DNA from: Eledone cirrhosa
Taxonomy: Eukaryota
Length of the DNA: 64,000 bases
Assembly (NCBI GenBank): GCA_964016885.1
Contig: OZ024745.1
Coordinates: forward strand, 133,052,001 to 133,116,000
Direction of reading: 5' to 3'
In this document: positions 27,018 to 41,831 of the stretch, piece after piece
Position numbering within the stretch: the stretch's first letter is position 1
Layout: every line of letters begins with the position of its first letter
Made by a program: the position numbers and the translations under genes
The notes under the pieces: generated by a model
What the model was told of the DNA's origin: nothing
The model's input: the letters and a program-made list of their open reading frames with translations, nothing else
The model's database searches: none

Positions 27018-29006
27018 TATATATATATATATATATATATCCGACAAGAAATAATGCAGATTCCTATTATTGTATACTCATAGCTCCAGACGTTTGCCGT
27101 GCAATCAAATTACTTGTAAAGACATGTATAATGAAGCCGAAGTGGACGGATACAGGCAGTCCAAGATTGATGTTGAAAATAGCTCCTCATTTGACCCATA
27201 ACGGAGATCAACTAAACATACGAATATTAGTAGTAGAGATGAGAAAATCATTTTGATCCATACACAATCATATTACTGGGAATGACTCGATAACAAAACA
27301 GTTACGAAAATAACCGGACTGAGGGTACACATAAACACACACATACACACATACATACGCACACATACACACACGCGCGCATTTATCTGTATATTATATC
27401 ATCCTGACCCAATGTAAAATCTCTTGCATATTTACATTTTACCGCATCCCGTAACTAATATGTTTAAGAAGAAATTAAATGCTTGAGAGGGTTTGATGAT
27501 AAACACGATCTGCGATCTTATGCATTGGTTAACTTCTTGCTTAGGCTTTCCAAATACTTAATAAATTGCATTTGTAAGAGGCTATTCAATATTTAATTAA
27601 ATTAGATTTCTCGGATGATATTTATAGCTCTTGATATATAAGAGAGCTTGTAGCATAGGAAATTAAATATTTTGAAAATCATTCATAATATTCAGAATAC
27701 TCAGAAATATTCTTAGCAAATATATTCTGGTGAGATTCGCATTGGTTTGATTGCTGTATGTATTTTACGTGAGAAAATAAATCCCTTAGAATGTAACTTG
27801 GACTGGTCATAATATTAAAAATATCTAATTTATTTATTTTAAATTTGACCTTCATATATTTGAATTTTCGTCCAATTTATAAGGAGATACTACTGTAATC
27901 TTCCAACTGTTGAGGAGATGTTGACAACAGAGGGGGAATATATATTCTGAGCATAGTCTGATTTGATTTATGATTTGGTTTGTGATCTAACATATAATGT
28001 CTCAAGTAGGAGACATGAAATTGAAGTCTTCACCACTTGTTGTACATTTTACTTGAGTAAGATACAATTCTCATTGAAGACCACAACTACGATCAAATAA
28101 ACATTTGTTGATAATATTTCAATGAAATGGAGAAATATGCTTGTATTACAAGAAATTGAAGTATTAGGATATATAACATCTACTGAAACATTCAACAAGA
28201 AGAATACCATATGAAAAGATTATTTATTGATAGAGAAGTGGATGCTTGATGTTAGGAGTAGAATGACAGAACCCAGAATCAAAAGATGAAGAGACAACCA
28301 TATATGAAAGTTTGTTAGTATAGTCTTTAGAAGGATGTCGGGATAATAGTAATGACTATGAAAACGTCTCAAGTATTTTGAGAGAAATACAAAAATATAA
28401 ATGCAAACAATATCGCATATTATTTGAAGAGATCATGGAGGTTTTCCCGAACAAAATACAAACTTTTTAAATGTCTTGTAAATGGGGAAGCTTGCCTGTC
28501 ACTGCAAACGAGGTAAATAGAATTGAATGGAAAAAAAGGATGGGTATTGGCGTACATGGGACACGAACCCACATCTTTGGTTACCATTACACCAACACGC
28601 CACCCATGCGTCCTTCCATTCAATTAGAAGCTACATAGCATTAGCTGGTATATATATATATATATAAATAGGGAAACAGAAAGCCGGCTTTGTTTAGAAA
28701 CAGCTAGCGAATTTGAAAATTAGGTAGTAACATGTGCTTACGCCGTATTTTACTAAATAGTATTAGTCTGTTAGTTGAGATGTTACTATCTAATTTTCAA
28801 ATTCGCTAACCTCTTCTAAACAAAGTCTGCTTTGTGTCTCCCTATTTATATACATATATATACCTTTTGATTCCAGAGTCGGGCGAGATCGATACAGATT
28901 GAACCTTGAGGTGATCAATAGCGAAACGCAGGTCACAAATAAATATGCGTAATGAAGACATAAAAAATCGTCCTTCTATTATTATTATTATTATTATTAT
29001 TGTTAT

Positions 29007-30377
29007 TCCTTGAATCTCAGTCATTGATGTTGGTTAACTGGAAAGTCCGTTGGAATGAATATCAAGCCACTACCTGCAGCCTCAGATATTCAGGACGTAT
29101 CGGAGGGTTCTTGCTGTTCCCAGCAAGCATGCCCTTTGAAGCGTTCCAAAAAGCGTGAAGGGGCCGATTTTCTTTAACCATCCCTGGAAACTTTTGGAGA
29201 TAGTCCCCAGTGCGCCTATGACAATCGGGATCACTTTGACTTCATGGCAGTTCCAAATCCTTTTTACCTCCCACTTTAAGTCCTGGTATCGGTTAATTTT
29301 CTCCCTCTCCTTCTCTTGCACTCTCGTGTCGAATGGGCAGGCCACATCCACAATCAAACACGATCTTTTTCCTTTGTCCACAACCACCAGGTCAGGTCTA
29401 TTGTGTTCCTGTTTCTTGTCCGTCTGTATCCTAAAATCCCACAGCACCTTCACCTGATCGTTCTCCATCACCGCCTCTGGCTTATGCTCATACCATTTCT
29501 CAGAATGTGGTAAACTGTTTACTTTGCACAGGTGCCAGTGGATCACCCTGCTCATCACATCATGTCTCCAGCCCTTATAGTGGGTCTGGGCTAGGTGTTT
29601 ACACTCGGATACAATGTGAGACACAGTCTCCTCTCTCTCCACAGATCCTGCACAGTGGGCTAGCCTCCTCCTTGTAAATATGGTGTTTCAACCACTTAGT
29701 TTTGAGGGCCTGCTCCTGCGCAGCCATTAACATTCCTTCTGTAGCCTTTTTAAGGTCTCCTCTTTTCAACCAGTTCCATGTCTGTGGATCTCTAAATTCA
29801 GTTTTCTCAAAGAAGGTACTATGAAGGGATTTTCCCTGAAGGCTGCTCTTTCTCTTTGATGTTATTTCCTCCTTGGACATCCCCTGGCCTATTGTCCCCT
29901 CCTTCAGTACAGTTCTGAGCATTGGCTCCTTACTATCAGTCACGTATTTGTGTAGGTTGTTTTTCTCCATCTGAACACAGTCCTCTATGCTGATAAGACC
30001 TCTTCCACCCTCAGATCTCCTTAGGTAGAGTCTATCGACATCACTCCTCTTGTGGAACATGTTGTAGATAGTCAATAGCTTCCTAGTCTTCCTATCCATT
30101 TCTTTTTGTTCAGCAACATTCCATCTCAGAATTCCCGCACTGTACCTAATAATAGACACAGCTCGGGAATTTACTGCGCTTATGGCATATCTGCTGTTCA
30201 GATGTGACTTCAATACGCTCCTTATTCTCCGAATGTATTCAGTTCTTAACAATTCCTTCATTTTTTTGTTCTTTATGCCATCAGCCTCCAGAACGCCCAA
30301 ATACTTGTATCCTTCCTCAGAGTCAATTTCCTTTATCATCTCACCTGTTGGTATCTGGATTCCGTTACTTCTGCTCA

Positions 30378-30378
<1 letters not shown>
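29007..30378 (-). mobile_element. R4/Dong-clade non-LTR retrotransposon, 5'-truncated (RT C-terminus, CCHC, restriction-like endonuclease)
   Basis: YKYLGV, GGRGLISIED, CRIC..ETVSHIVSEC, RHD, NRPDLVV..D..CPFD..EKINRY, IVIGALG. One frameshift near 29630. (TTA)n on both sides. Confidence 0.92.
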
Positions 30379-30416
<38 letters not shown>

Positions 30417-30425
30417 GTTGTTATT

Positions 30426-31030
30426 CCTTGAATCTCAGTCATTGATGTTGGTTAACTGGAAAGTCCGTTGGATTGAATATCAAGCCACTACCTGCAGCCT
30501 CAGATATTCAGGACGTATCGGAGGGTTCTTGATGTTCCCAGCAAGCATGCCTTTTGAAGCGTTCCAAAAAGCGTGAAGGAGCCGATTTTCTTTAACCATC
30601 CCTGGAAACTTTTGGAGATAGTCCCCAGTGCGCCTATGACAATCGGGATCACTTTGACTTCATGGCAGTTCCAAATCCTTTTCACCTCCCACTTTAGGTC
30701 CTGGTATCGGTTAATTTTCTCCCTCTCCTTCCCTTGCACTCTCGTGTCGAACGGGCAGGCCACATCCACAATCAGACACGATCTTTTTTCTTTGTCCACA
30801 ACCACCAGGTCAGGTCTATTGTGTTCCAGTTTTTTGTCCGTCTGTATCCTAAAATCCCACAGCACCTTCACCTGATTGTTCTCCATCACCGCCTCTGGCC
30901 TATGCTCATACCATTTCTCAGAATGTGGTAAATTGTTTACTTTGCACAGGTGCCAGTGGGTCACCCTGCCCATCACATCGTGTCTCCAGCCCTTATAGTG
31001 GGTCTGGGCTAGGTGTTTACACTCGGACAC
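30426..31030 (-). mobile_element. Second, shorter copy of the same R4/Dong family
   Basis: Nearly identical to 29007-29610. (TTA)n on both sides. Confidence 0.92.
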
Positions 31031-31070
<40 letters not shown>

Positions 31071-31072
<2 letters not shown>

Positions 31073-31909
31073 AGTTGCATTTATCTTGCTTTATGTTCAT
31101 ACGAGTTATCACCAAGTCACAACCAGTGACCTCAAGAGACAACAAGGTCCGCCATGTTCAAGAAAGAACATACATATTCACACATGCATCTTTAGTGTTT
31201 AGACTTGTGATGTACTTATATTGACATAATCTTCCTTAGTATATGGGCAGTTCCCATTAGTACTATCTTTTGTATTTCTCCTATACGCGGGTTTCCTGGG
31301 ATTTGCGATAAGTAATCATTAGACCCCTTAGGTATCATTCCCAGAGCGCCTACAACCACTGGTATTGTTTTAGTTCTCAATTTCCACATTTTTCCAATTT
31401 CTATCTCCAGGTCCTTATACTTGCTCAATTTTTCAAAAGTTTTTATAGATACATTGTTGTCTATGGGAACGGACATATCAATTAGCAGGCATACCCTCTT
31501 TTGAAAGTCTTTCAATATTATATCAGGTCTGTTTGCATCTATTTTTCGGTCTGTTTGGATGCTAAAGTTCCACAAGATTGAGATGTGATCTTTTTCAAGT
31601 ATGGGAGGTGGTTGATGCTCCCACCAATTCTTTTGATGGGGCAGGTCAAAATGCTTACACATTATCCAATGTATGTATTGTGCAGCTCTGTCATGCCTGT
31701 TTAGGTATTCGGTTGGAGCTATAGGACTGCACATTGAAATTATATGGTCAATGGTCTCTGGTTGTTTTTTGCATACACGGCATAATGGGCTGCACCCATT
31801 TTTTATTATGTTGGCTTGGTAATTTTTTGTTGGCAGACACTGATCTTGTGCCGATATAATCAGTCCTTCAGTCTCCGATTTCAGTCCAGAGGATGCCAAC
31901 CACTGATGG

Positions 31910-31911
<2 letters not shown>
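31071..31911 (-). mobile_element. R4/Dong-clade element of a different family
   Basis: WL..SGLKSETEGLIISAQDQ, CRVC..ETIDHIISMC, RHD, NRPDIIL..D, EKLSKY, VVGALG. Followed by (TTA)n at 31912-32000. Confidence 0.92.
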
Positions 31912-32004
<93 letters not shown>

Positions 32005-32510
32005 CATACATAAATATATACTGTCTACCCTCGTCAATCGCTAACACATTGATTTAGATATTTGATATGTGTTCTTTATACTGTAGGACATATACACATA
32101 TTCACAAGTTTTTACACTATTCCGCTGAAATTGTGTACACATAGCTTTCATAATAATCCATATGTTTATGATATTTCGCAGTGTTACGTTTTTGTAGGTG
32201 GGGATCACGCCTATTGTGTTGCTAAATTTAAAGTTATTCGCTAAACGTAAACATGGAAATCATTCCTTAATGGTCCCCAATCTCCTGTTTATAAATATTG
32301 TTATAAATCAAACGAATCTCATAGATACTCAGCGGGATGTTATTTCATTGCAACACAACTTTTATTATCAAGTCAATCAATATCTGCATCCCTTTGAATC
32401 TATTATAAAAAAACAAATTGTGAAACCAGGAATTCGAAACGGTGCACAAGAGTGTACGTCAGCTGTATTTATATTTAAGTAACAAAACTCGAGCAAGATA
32501 TAGCTATAAT

Positions 32511-32696
32511 TGTTTCTACTTTAAGCACAAGGCCAGCAATTACCCAGTGCATTACTGGTACTTTATTTTATCGACCCCGTAAGGATGAAAGGCAAAGTCA
32601 ACCTCGGCGGGATTTGAACTCAGATCGTAAAGGGACGTAACTATGCAGGAAAGCATGGCGTCCGACCCTCTACCGATACTGCCAATCCACCACCCT
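32511..32696 (-). mobile_element. Full-length SINE with 17-bp TSD
   Basis: TSD CAAGATATAGCTATAAT at 32494-32510 and 32697-32713. Confidence 0.93.
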
Positions 32697-33509
32697 CAAG
32701 ATATAGCTATAATGTTTTATAGGGACTGATTGAAATAACTGTTCCCATCTTTCAATTCAAGTGTTGCCATATTAACTGCCAGCCTGCTTATTCCGTTTTC
32801 TGAAGAAGTGAAAGTGATTTCTGAAAGCTAGGACGTAAAATTATAAACGGCGAGAATCTAAAATAAATAGACTTGTGAATTAAATTAAATTAATACCACA
32901 TAGATGGAATTAACTGACGTGAAATGCATAAAACTATACATAAATGCAATTAACTGATGAATAAATTTAATTGGCATGTGAAATAAGTTTCGCTTGTGGA
33001 AATTAAGATTTTAAACGTATTTCATCACGTATGGAAGACCCACACGTATATACTCGTATAAATAAACACTTATACATATTACGCGGATATATACATACAC
33101 TTACGGCCACAAAGACACACACAGGCGCACAAGTACGTGGCAAAACTATTCTGTTTTGCAAGTCACAATATAGTACTGATACCGCTTTGTTAACGTTGGC
33201 AATAAGACTTGACAGAATCAAGACCTATCTCGACGCCCGAAAGAGACTCGGAATTGAATAATCCGAGCATATTTCATGAGATTTTGTTTATATGGAAACT
33301 ATTATGATTAGCAAAATATATTTAAGCCAGAATTTAATGTTTTGAATATGTTTAAAAAAATGTTATTTCTTGAAAGTATGTATGGCGTGCTCATGTACAA
33401 GATCCGACCTTCCTTTATCACAGTATTATGAACAGAGAGATACATTTAAGGTAATATGTTCAGGTTATAAGCTGAAACAGCCTACATTCTTTGACGTATA
33501 GTAAAGAGA

Positions 33510-33960
33510 AGGAGCTGACTTCCTATCTCAACTGGAGCCAGCAAGCCTAAACCGAGGAGATGGCTACTGCCCTGACGGAATCACCCTCTTCCCATTTGGA
33601 GGAGGTAGCTCTGGGACGAGTTCTCCGCCTCCAACCTAATCGCTTCGACCGCAAACCCCGGCCTCGCGACCCGCCTCACAGAAGAACGTAAAATAAACAA
33701 ATACCGGGGAGTATCCGGCCACTTCCTCTTCAAACGGGTCACCGTCGAGACCTCAGGCGTACTTGGACCTCGTACTGCCGAGTTCCTCTGCAAGATCGGG
33801 ACATCTGCGGCCCGTCTTAGGAGGGAGCCCCGCCAGGTTGGGTGTCTGTTGCAGTGGGTGTTACTGACCATTGTCGGAGGGAATGCTATTGCCCTAGGCC
33901 CAAAGCCCATTACCCCTCCTCTCTCTTCTGTGACACCAGAGTTCTTGCCATCCCCTCCCC
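33510..33960 (+). mobile_element. CRE-clade non-LTR element, restriction-like endonuclease C-terminus
   Basis: GC-rich island translating CPDGITLFP..LWD..EERKINKY..F..VETSGVLGP.TAEFL..IG..EPR..LLQ....IVGGNA. Confidence 0.8.
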
Positions 33961-35639
33961 TTCCTGTTCTTATTTCTTTCTTTTTCTCTTTTTCTCTATA
34001 TTTTTCTATTTTTTTCTTTTCTTTCCTTTTTTTTCATTGTTTATAATTATACACATTTGTTAAATACTTGTGAATAATTAAATGGCTATTGTTGTTTTTG
34101 CTAATAATCTTAGGTTTATTATGCCTTACCTAATCGACTGTCTATATTCTAATGTTTACGCTGTCTTTGTGTAAGACTGTTGAACATTTATGTATCAGCT
34201 ACCTTTATTCTGGGAGCGGTTGAATGTGCAAGAAACTAACTAGTGTAAAATAACTTAGTGGTGTTTATGATATATAGGTATATTCCGCATAACACTATCT
34301 AAAATATGGATAGAGCGTATGTCAAACATCGAAATTCCGCTATGATCAATACATCTATATATTTTGCAATATATTGAAGTAATGATACGACTTTATATTC
34401 GAGCATAATGTTATTGAAAAACTAACGTACGTTATACATTAGCAAATGAGACATATTAGATACTATTTGCAAATAAATGGCCAGGACAGTGTATCTGAAT
34501 ATCGGCAGAAAGCATATGAAACATTTAATAATTTGCTCCCACAGCATATTCGAATCGATAATATTTTCAATGATTATGGTTTGATTTCATTCGACAAACA
34601 CATAATCCGTTCAGGGAAAAGGAGATATCATTATAAATCTTTTTTAGATGTACATAACATAAAAAGAAGCTCTTTTATCGATATCAAGCCAATTTAAAGA
34701 TATTGCGAACGTAATTGGAAGTATAAATTATAAATAATGCAACTTAAAATTCAAAGCTATATATGGAGTGATGTTATTATCAATTTAAACATCTAAGAAT
34801 GGATAGCAATATCAACAGCTTCCGATGAAAATAATAATGCATCCACTTATGGATATGTGAAATATTAAAGAATGTTTGAATAATAGAAATCATTGAATGA
34901 ATAAAATCGTTGAGTTGAAATGATAATTATCACATTAGCCTTCATAATCACCAATACATTTTCCCGTTTTAGGTTATACGTGTCATATCAACAATCATTA
35001 TTTTTAATTGTGCACCCTCCACTCTACCCTTCCCCGCTACATATAGTTTCATGTTTCTTTTCCTTTTTCCTTTTGCAGCCTTTCATTTCGTTTTCCCTGA
35101 TTCTTTCATTCTGACTATTGTCCATGGCACCATCTACGTGTGAATATGACTGGGAGTCATTGTTTGTGTAATTGCTTGTATTTATTTATACGGAGCTAAT
35201 ATTTGTGTCGCATTTGCTTTATCACCCTACTTCCTCCTTCATTCCCAACTGAAATCTGGATATTTGAATACAACCAATAGATCATCCTGTCAATTTGGTG
35301 CTGCTTACTTTGAAATTATTCAGTGTTTATGTGACTGGGGATCGGCTTGCACACACGAAAACTACAGAGTAACTACTGGGATAGCTTTAAGAAAACATTT
35401 ACATGTATATATATATATATATGTGTGTATATCTATAAACAAATACATTCATCACTTGTAGTCGAATATGTGTTGGTAATATGTGTACAATACATTCTCC
35501 AAGGGTAGTTAGATGAGTCACGAGCAAGTATCACTTTCACCCTCTCACCTTTCAACCAGATGAACACACAGGATGTGACAACTGGAACGAGAGATAAGTG
35601 TACCAGCAATCGGCTCTCCTTCTCCCTCTCTCCCTCTCC

Positions 35640-35732
<93 letters not shown>

Positions 35733-36429
35733 CATATACCGTGAGCATGAGTGTATACTCTAGGAAGCTGCTAACGTTCTTTTTCGAACTTGTTAAATAG
35801 TTTACATTTTCATATTTGCTTCTCGATTGTTTAAACAATTTTAATGAGATTTCAACAAGAAACGTGTTATAGAATCGTGTGATGGTTTCGTATTGCATGA
35901 ATTACTTTGGTTGTGTTATTGCGAACCAATCAATTTAAGAGATGATCACAATGATAAAGATAGCAACATTGAGAAATAGGTTTAAAGAAAGATAGTAAGA
36001 GATCAATAATTTCGGAATTAACATGCAGATAGTTTCAATAAATTATTTTCTGAATAAGAAGTTTTAACTTAAATAATGATATGATTTACAATACATGATA
36101 CTCTCACTGACAAATTACTTATTACAGTGTTTGAGATGAGAGAAGAGAAAAGTGTGAGAATGTCAATTAACTTGCTACTACGATTCAGTTTGGGCAAACG
36201 TGGTAATTGCAGATTGTCATTACACTTTTAACACCTCAATTTAGGAAAGTGTATTTATTAGTCAAATGAACAAATGTTCAAACATGTTACACATTCAGGA
36301 ATATCATGTAATCCAGAATATTCAGAATATACCATAAATCTATCAGAATTAGCTGTAGCAGCTGTATATTATTTTATTGTTATAATTCGTAACACTGGCA
36401 GAGGTTATACCGACACAATACTAAAAGAG

Positions 36430-37030
36430 AGAGCCCTAGCCAATGTTCAAAGGCCTTTGGGTCACTCCTTCTCCTCCAACTTTCCAACACCCTTCTTAGA
36501 ATCCCAGCAAGGCTGTTTTCTGCAAACAATCCTGTCCTGGTGTTAATTCCTAATTTCTCAAGTCATGTATTCAACTTATTACTATCTACTCCCAGTGTGT
36601 CAACCACAATCAATGCCACTTCTACGTTTCTGATTCTCCACAGTGCCCTGATATCTCTGTTCAGCTCCTAGTATATCTCAACTTTCTCACTTTCCTACTC
36701 ATTCACCCTGTGGTTCCACGGTGAAGCAGCATCCACAATCCATGTCTTGTTATTCTTCTTTTCTACTTGAACAATGTCAGGCTGGCCACGGTAAAAAGGT
36801 CGCACTAGATGGTCATATCCCAAGAGATATTATACTGTTCATTTTCAGCCACTTTTTCCGAGCTGGTTTTCATACCATTTCTCACTTCTACTCATGTCAC
36901 ATGACAGAGCTTCCAATGAACTAATCTGGCAATGTTGTCGTACTCTGTCCTGCACTCTTTCAGGGCAACAATCTTCCATTCACTAATAATGTGGTTTATT
37001 GTCTCTCCTTTCTTACCACCAAACACAGAC
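36430..37030 (-). mobile_element. Degenerate R4-like RLE retroelement 3' part
   Basis: GETINHIISE..A.KE....DNIARLVHWKLC and a terminal ILRRVLE-like motif. Confidence 0.7.
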
Positions 37031-37039
37031 ATAGCCGAA

Positions 37040-38300
37040 ACAACACCAAGAAAACCATCATCACCACAGTCACCCAAACACAAACAACGACCTAAGGTCC
37101 TTAGATATGGATGTGATTGCCGTCAGCGAGACCAGAATTACCGACACGCGCGCACTAAGCCCCATTTTCTATGACTATCAGATCTTCGCACCTGTTAATC
37201 GGCCGGGAATGAAGGAGGTGTGACAGTGCAGTCTATAAAAGCCTCTCATCTCGAGGTATGGTCGATCTTCCTGGATCCGGACGGTGAGCTGGTGTTCCTG
37301 GACGTGAACAATAGCGAAGACGGTGCCTTTAGACTGGTGGCCGTCTACGCTCATTACTGTTAGTGGGGGACTGGAACGGCATCTTAGAGGCACACTGCTA
37401 TTATGTGGGAGTAGCTGATAGGAGCGAGGGTGCAAAATCCCCAAATAAATAATTAACCTGTTCTAAATGTCTGACAGGTCCCGAAAAACTTCCCTAATGC
37501 GCCACTGTAGACCTAGACCAACCGCATAGGGTCATCAAGATCGGGGAGTGAATCGAAACCCGGAAAACTCGGTGAGCTTTCAGCTCGGCACGTGGGGAGC
37601 AAAGTCAATGCTGTCCAACAGCATCGTCGAGCGTTGGACGGACGGACCAGGAAAAGTCGCTCGGGTTTTGGTGGATAAGAATTGGGACGAGGTGACGAAC
37701 AAGGTAACCAGTCTCACCCAGAAATGGGCAGTGAAGAAGGTTTCCCTTAAAGGTCGGGTGGAGGTGGAAAACGCGTCATATACTACCGCCTGACCTTCGT
37801 GCCTTTCCCCAGTTCGCGCCTCGTCAACTTGGAGTGGTTCCTTTTCAATTTCTTGTGAAGGGGACATATTCCGTTGTTTAGGCGATCCATCTGCTGCTAG
37901 CACTTTCTACGCGGGGGGATGGGCATACCTTGGCTAATGATGCACAAACATGTGCTGAGGCTACAGTATCTCCAGATATTCTGCCTAAACGGTAAACAGG
38001 TGTGGTCACCATTTCTCAGACGCCTCTTTCCACAGCTAGTCTCATTGACTGAGCTGCAGTCGTGGATCAAGAAGAGACCGTGACAAGGCACGCGGCATCT
38101 GGAACGTTGCAGGCGCTCACTACCCTCTACCATGCAGGTTATGTGGTCAGTGAAACTTCCATTCTCGAATTATATAGAGGATATGTGGTGGGCAAGTGCT
38201 TGGCGTCGACGAGAATGAACTACCCTGTTTTTTCCGGAGGTCTTTCGAGTCGGGGACTATGGACAATTTCCAGAAGTCCCTCGCTTTGTCGTAAATGAAC
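37040..38300 (+). mobile_element. Degenerate Tx1/L1-clade LINE (APE and post-RT fragments)
   Basis: FLDPDGELVFLDV..AFRLVAVYA, GDWN, NWDEV..KV..W....SLKGR and GGMGIP motifs. Homologous to 51850-52230 and 56790-57094. Confidence 0.75.
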
Positions 38301-38532
38301 TGCACATTTGAAAGTTTAGAGTATATCTAGATTTACATCCACTATTCATTACAGTTAAACACCGTATGCTGGAATGCATAGTTGCTGTCCTCAGAGAGAC
38401 GATTTTCTCTATATTGTAGGAATTAATATTGCATATAATATTAAGTGTCTCATATAAACTAGGAAATTCATTTCTATGATATAGTGAAATCTACAAAGAT
38501 ATAATAACGTCGGGAAATTCCTCGTATAAAAT

Positions 38533-38746
38533 GATTTCTAGTATAGGCACAAGGCCAACAATGTTTGGAGGGTAAATCGATTAAATCGACCGCAGTGCAT
38601 TACTGGTGCTTTATTTTATCGACGCCGTAAGGATGAAAGGCAAAGTTAACCATGGCGAGATTTGAACTCAGATCATGAAGGGCTATAACTCTATACTACA
38701 AAGCATGGTGCCTGACGCTCTAACGATACTGCCAATCCACCGCCCT
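38533..38746 (-). mobile_element. SINE with ~17-bp TSD
   Basis: AAT(T/C)CCTCGTATAAAAT at 38516-38532 and 38747-38763. Confidence 0.9.
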
Positions 38747-38762
38747 AATCCCTCGTATAAAA

Positions 38763-38982
38763 TACGAATGTTACTGAAGAGTTCCTGACTTTGTGCAAAA
38801 GGAGATACCGGAGGGTCAGTTAATTATGATTTTATTCACCACATTCCCCTCAAAGATTCACACACTTATTGTAGCGGTCCTTCAGATTTTCTAAGCCCTG
38901 TAAAAAGAACTCGGAAGATTGAGCTTCCAACCAGACTTCTGCAGCAGCGATCAAGCCAGACATATTTCAGTACACCCTCGTA
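38763..38982. mobile_element. Mariner-type MITE
   Basis: Degenerate TIRs TACGAATGTTACTGAAGAGTTCCTGACTT and AAGCCAGACATATTTCAGTACACCCTCGTA, with TA ends. Confidence 0.7.
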
Positions 38983-39352
38983 TATCGTTCTCAACTTGCT
39001 TATAGATACCAAAATACGGAATATTTTATGGACAAAATCATTAGTCAACTTTGTCACGTAAAACTGCTTGCCGTCTGATACCCGCCCAACCCTCCGTCAA
39101 ATGGAAATGAGAATAGTAAGGATAGGACTAATTAACCAGCGTATCATTAACATGATAACTTCATTTAGTTGAAACAAATAAAAGGAAAAAGTCATTTGAC
39201 CTTAAAGTAGTCCAGATAAACAACCATCCTCTTCCCATGTAAGTTTTGTGTTCATTTTATAGCTAAATATTTTTACGTGTATCGAAAGGAAAATACATTA
39301 ATACCATTAGCTTAAAAGTAATTTAGATGATGATAACATTTTAGATGATGAT

Positions 39353-39392
<40 letters not shown>

Positions 39393-39408
39393 AATTTCTA
39401 TACTTTTC

Positions 39409-39450
<42 letters not shown>

Positions 39451-39782
39451 ATATATACAGTGTGTGTTTGTATATATGTGTGTATATGTTTGTGTGTTTC
39501 TGTGTGTGTATGTTTGCGTGTGCGTATTTGTGCTTCGATCCCTGTTGTTAAATTTGCAGTTTCTTTCGTAATTGATAGCATTCTTCTCTCACCAATCAGC
39601 TTAATATCAAACAGAAATGTATTCCATGCGATGTTCACTCCCAGTTTGGTTTTATATAATTTTTCAAAATAAATCTTTTTTAATTTTGTTTTAAATATAT
39701 TGCCAGCTTGTTTGAATAACCGTTTTAGGTGTGACGAGAGCTACAAAATCCATCGTGCATTTTATTGCATTCTAGCTGGAAT

Positions 39783-39962
39783 TAGGTGGATTGGGATATC
39801 GGTAGATTGTCGGACGCCATGCTTTGCAGCAAAGAGTTACGGCCCTTTATGGTCTGAGTTCAAATCCCGCCGAGGTTAACTTTGCCTTTCGGGGTCGATA
39901 AAATAAAGAACCAGTAATGTACTGGGATAATTGCTGGCCTTGTGCCAAAAGTAGAAATAATT
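39783..39962 (+). mobile_element. SINE
   Basis: Matches 19989-20171. Confidence 0.9.
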
Positions 39963-41271
39963 ATCATGTATATAACACCTACGCTTGAAAACAAAAACAC
40001 CCGCGTTCAAAACAAACAAAATTATCTATTAACGTATAAATATAATATCCTCAAACAAAACTAAATTATTAGGTATCTATTTAAAAATGAAATATATTGA
40101 TATATCATCGGATACGCTCACACCGAGTTATCTCACAACTGTAAACACAATGTAATGTAAGTTATATTCTGTGAAAGGAGAAAGACGTAAACCTGTATTC
40201 CTGAGTACATATATATCCGCATATGGCTTAACCACTACATTTAATGCGCAGATACCTTCATGTACTGTAAACGTGTTAAAGGAAAATACAATACACCACA
40301 AAGAATTGTTGATATTTCGAAATTCAATATATAATATATTTTTGTGATGGCGTATCGAATTATGTATACTGAATTACTTAATTTTATATACAAAATGTCA
40401 GATAGGCAGATATTCCGTGACAAACACAGATATGATCCAAGATGTCATTCGCTTAACGAGTGGGGAAGAAACAATGTTGCCGTTGATCTTTCCAACTGCT
40501 AAAACTATCTTTAAGTCGCAAGTCTAGTCAGAAGGAATGATTTGGAATAAATTTATCCAAACGTTGTGTTTTCTAAAATTCCCTTTATAACAATTAGAAT
40601 TACAACTTCCTTTATATTCATCTTGGTTGTCATTTATATTAATAGGCCATTGTGCTTTTTTCTATCTTCATAGTTACCTATATATATTACTGATAGATAT
40701 CAAATTTATGCTTTGAATGTATAACTATACCCAATTATGTGCCTATATATCCATCTGTCTATCACTATTAGCATGGCCATAAATCCAATTATCTACTCTT
40801 CGCTATCCCTCTCTCTGTATATCTACATAAAAATTGATTAGTATTTACTTTACAAGAATTCTATATAATTTAATTTAGTTTGACATATTAAATTATGACC
40901 TTATACAATAGTGATTAAAACAATTTTGTATGCTCTTATGGATATAGCTAACTCTGGAGATAACGTGTGAAACAGGCCATTGAATACCCATACTTTTATA
41001 AACTTAATTTTCCGTATATATATATTTGAAGTGAAAAGCAAGCAGTTTGAATGAATCCATGTCCACATGGGAAAACTCTTACAAACGTCTCTTATTAAGA
41101 ATATTGATTCCTTACAATTGTACAATGTGTCAATACATAGTGCAGTGATCTAGGCAATTAAATTGACCCAATACACTTCAGCTTACTATTCATATTCTTA
41201 GAGCATGACAATGAGATAACTAACTTTGCAAGTACATTTTACTTAAAGAACAATTTAAAACCATAATATAT

Positions 41272-41340
41272 TTGGTGGATTGGCAATATCGGTAGAGGGT
41301 CTGACGCCATGCTTTGCAGCAAAGGTTACGGCCCTTTAGG
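41272..41340 (+). mobile_element. SINE 5' fragment
   Basis: GGTGGATTGGCAATATCGGTAGAGGGTCTGACGCCATGCTTTGCAGC. Confidence 0.8.
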
Positions 41341-41645
41341 TTTCACCCCTTTCTGTTCAAATCTGCCATAATTGGCTGTTCGTATTTATGTTAAGGTATT
41401 GTTCTCAAAATAAATAATATCAACATCTCATAAATTCGATATTATGTGAGATATTATGTGAAGTAAAACCTTTACCATGAAAATATAATAGTATATATAG
41501 AGTAATGTAAAGGTTAAAGGGTTAATCATATAATCCAGTTTAATTTTAAATGTTTCTATATTACCTTGTTATGGGCTATAACCCGAAAGATCAACGGAAT
41601 ATCGATCAAGCTTTAGTTCTTTTTTCCAAATCTTCATAGAAATAT

Positions 41646-41831
41646 GGGAGGGGGGGGTTAAAAGTTGATTGATTAACCTCAGTTTATTACTGGTATTCTA
41701 TTTTATTGACCCCGTGAGGATGAAATGCGAAGCTAATATTGGTTGGATTTGAACTCAGATCGTAAAGCGTCTTAACTCTATGCCATATAACATGTTGTCC
41801 GACGCTCTATCGATTCTGCCAATTCACCCTT
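41646..41831 (-). mobile_element. Older SINE with 19-bp TSD
   Basis: CAAATCTTCATAGAAATAT at 41627-41645 and 41832-41850. Confidence 0.88.

Noticed and set aside
27550-28460. Possible decayed Helitron/LTR coding sequence
   Set aside because: Composition is suggestive, but no diagnostic motif could be read with confidence.
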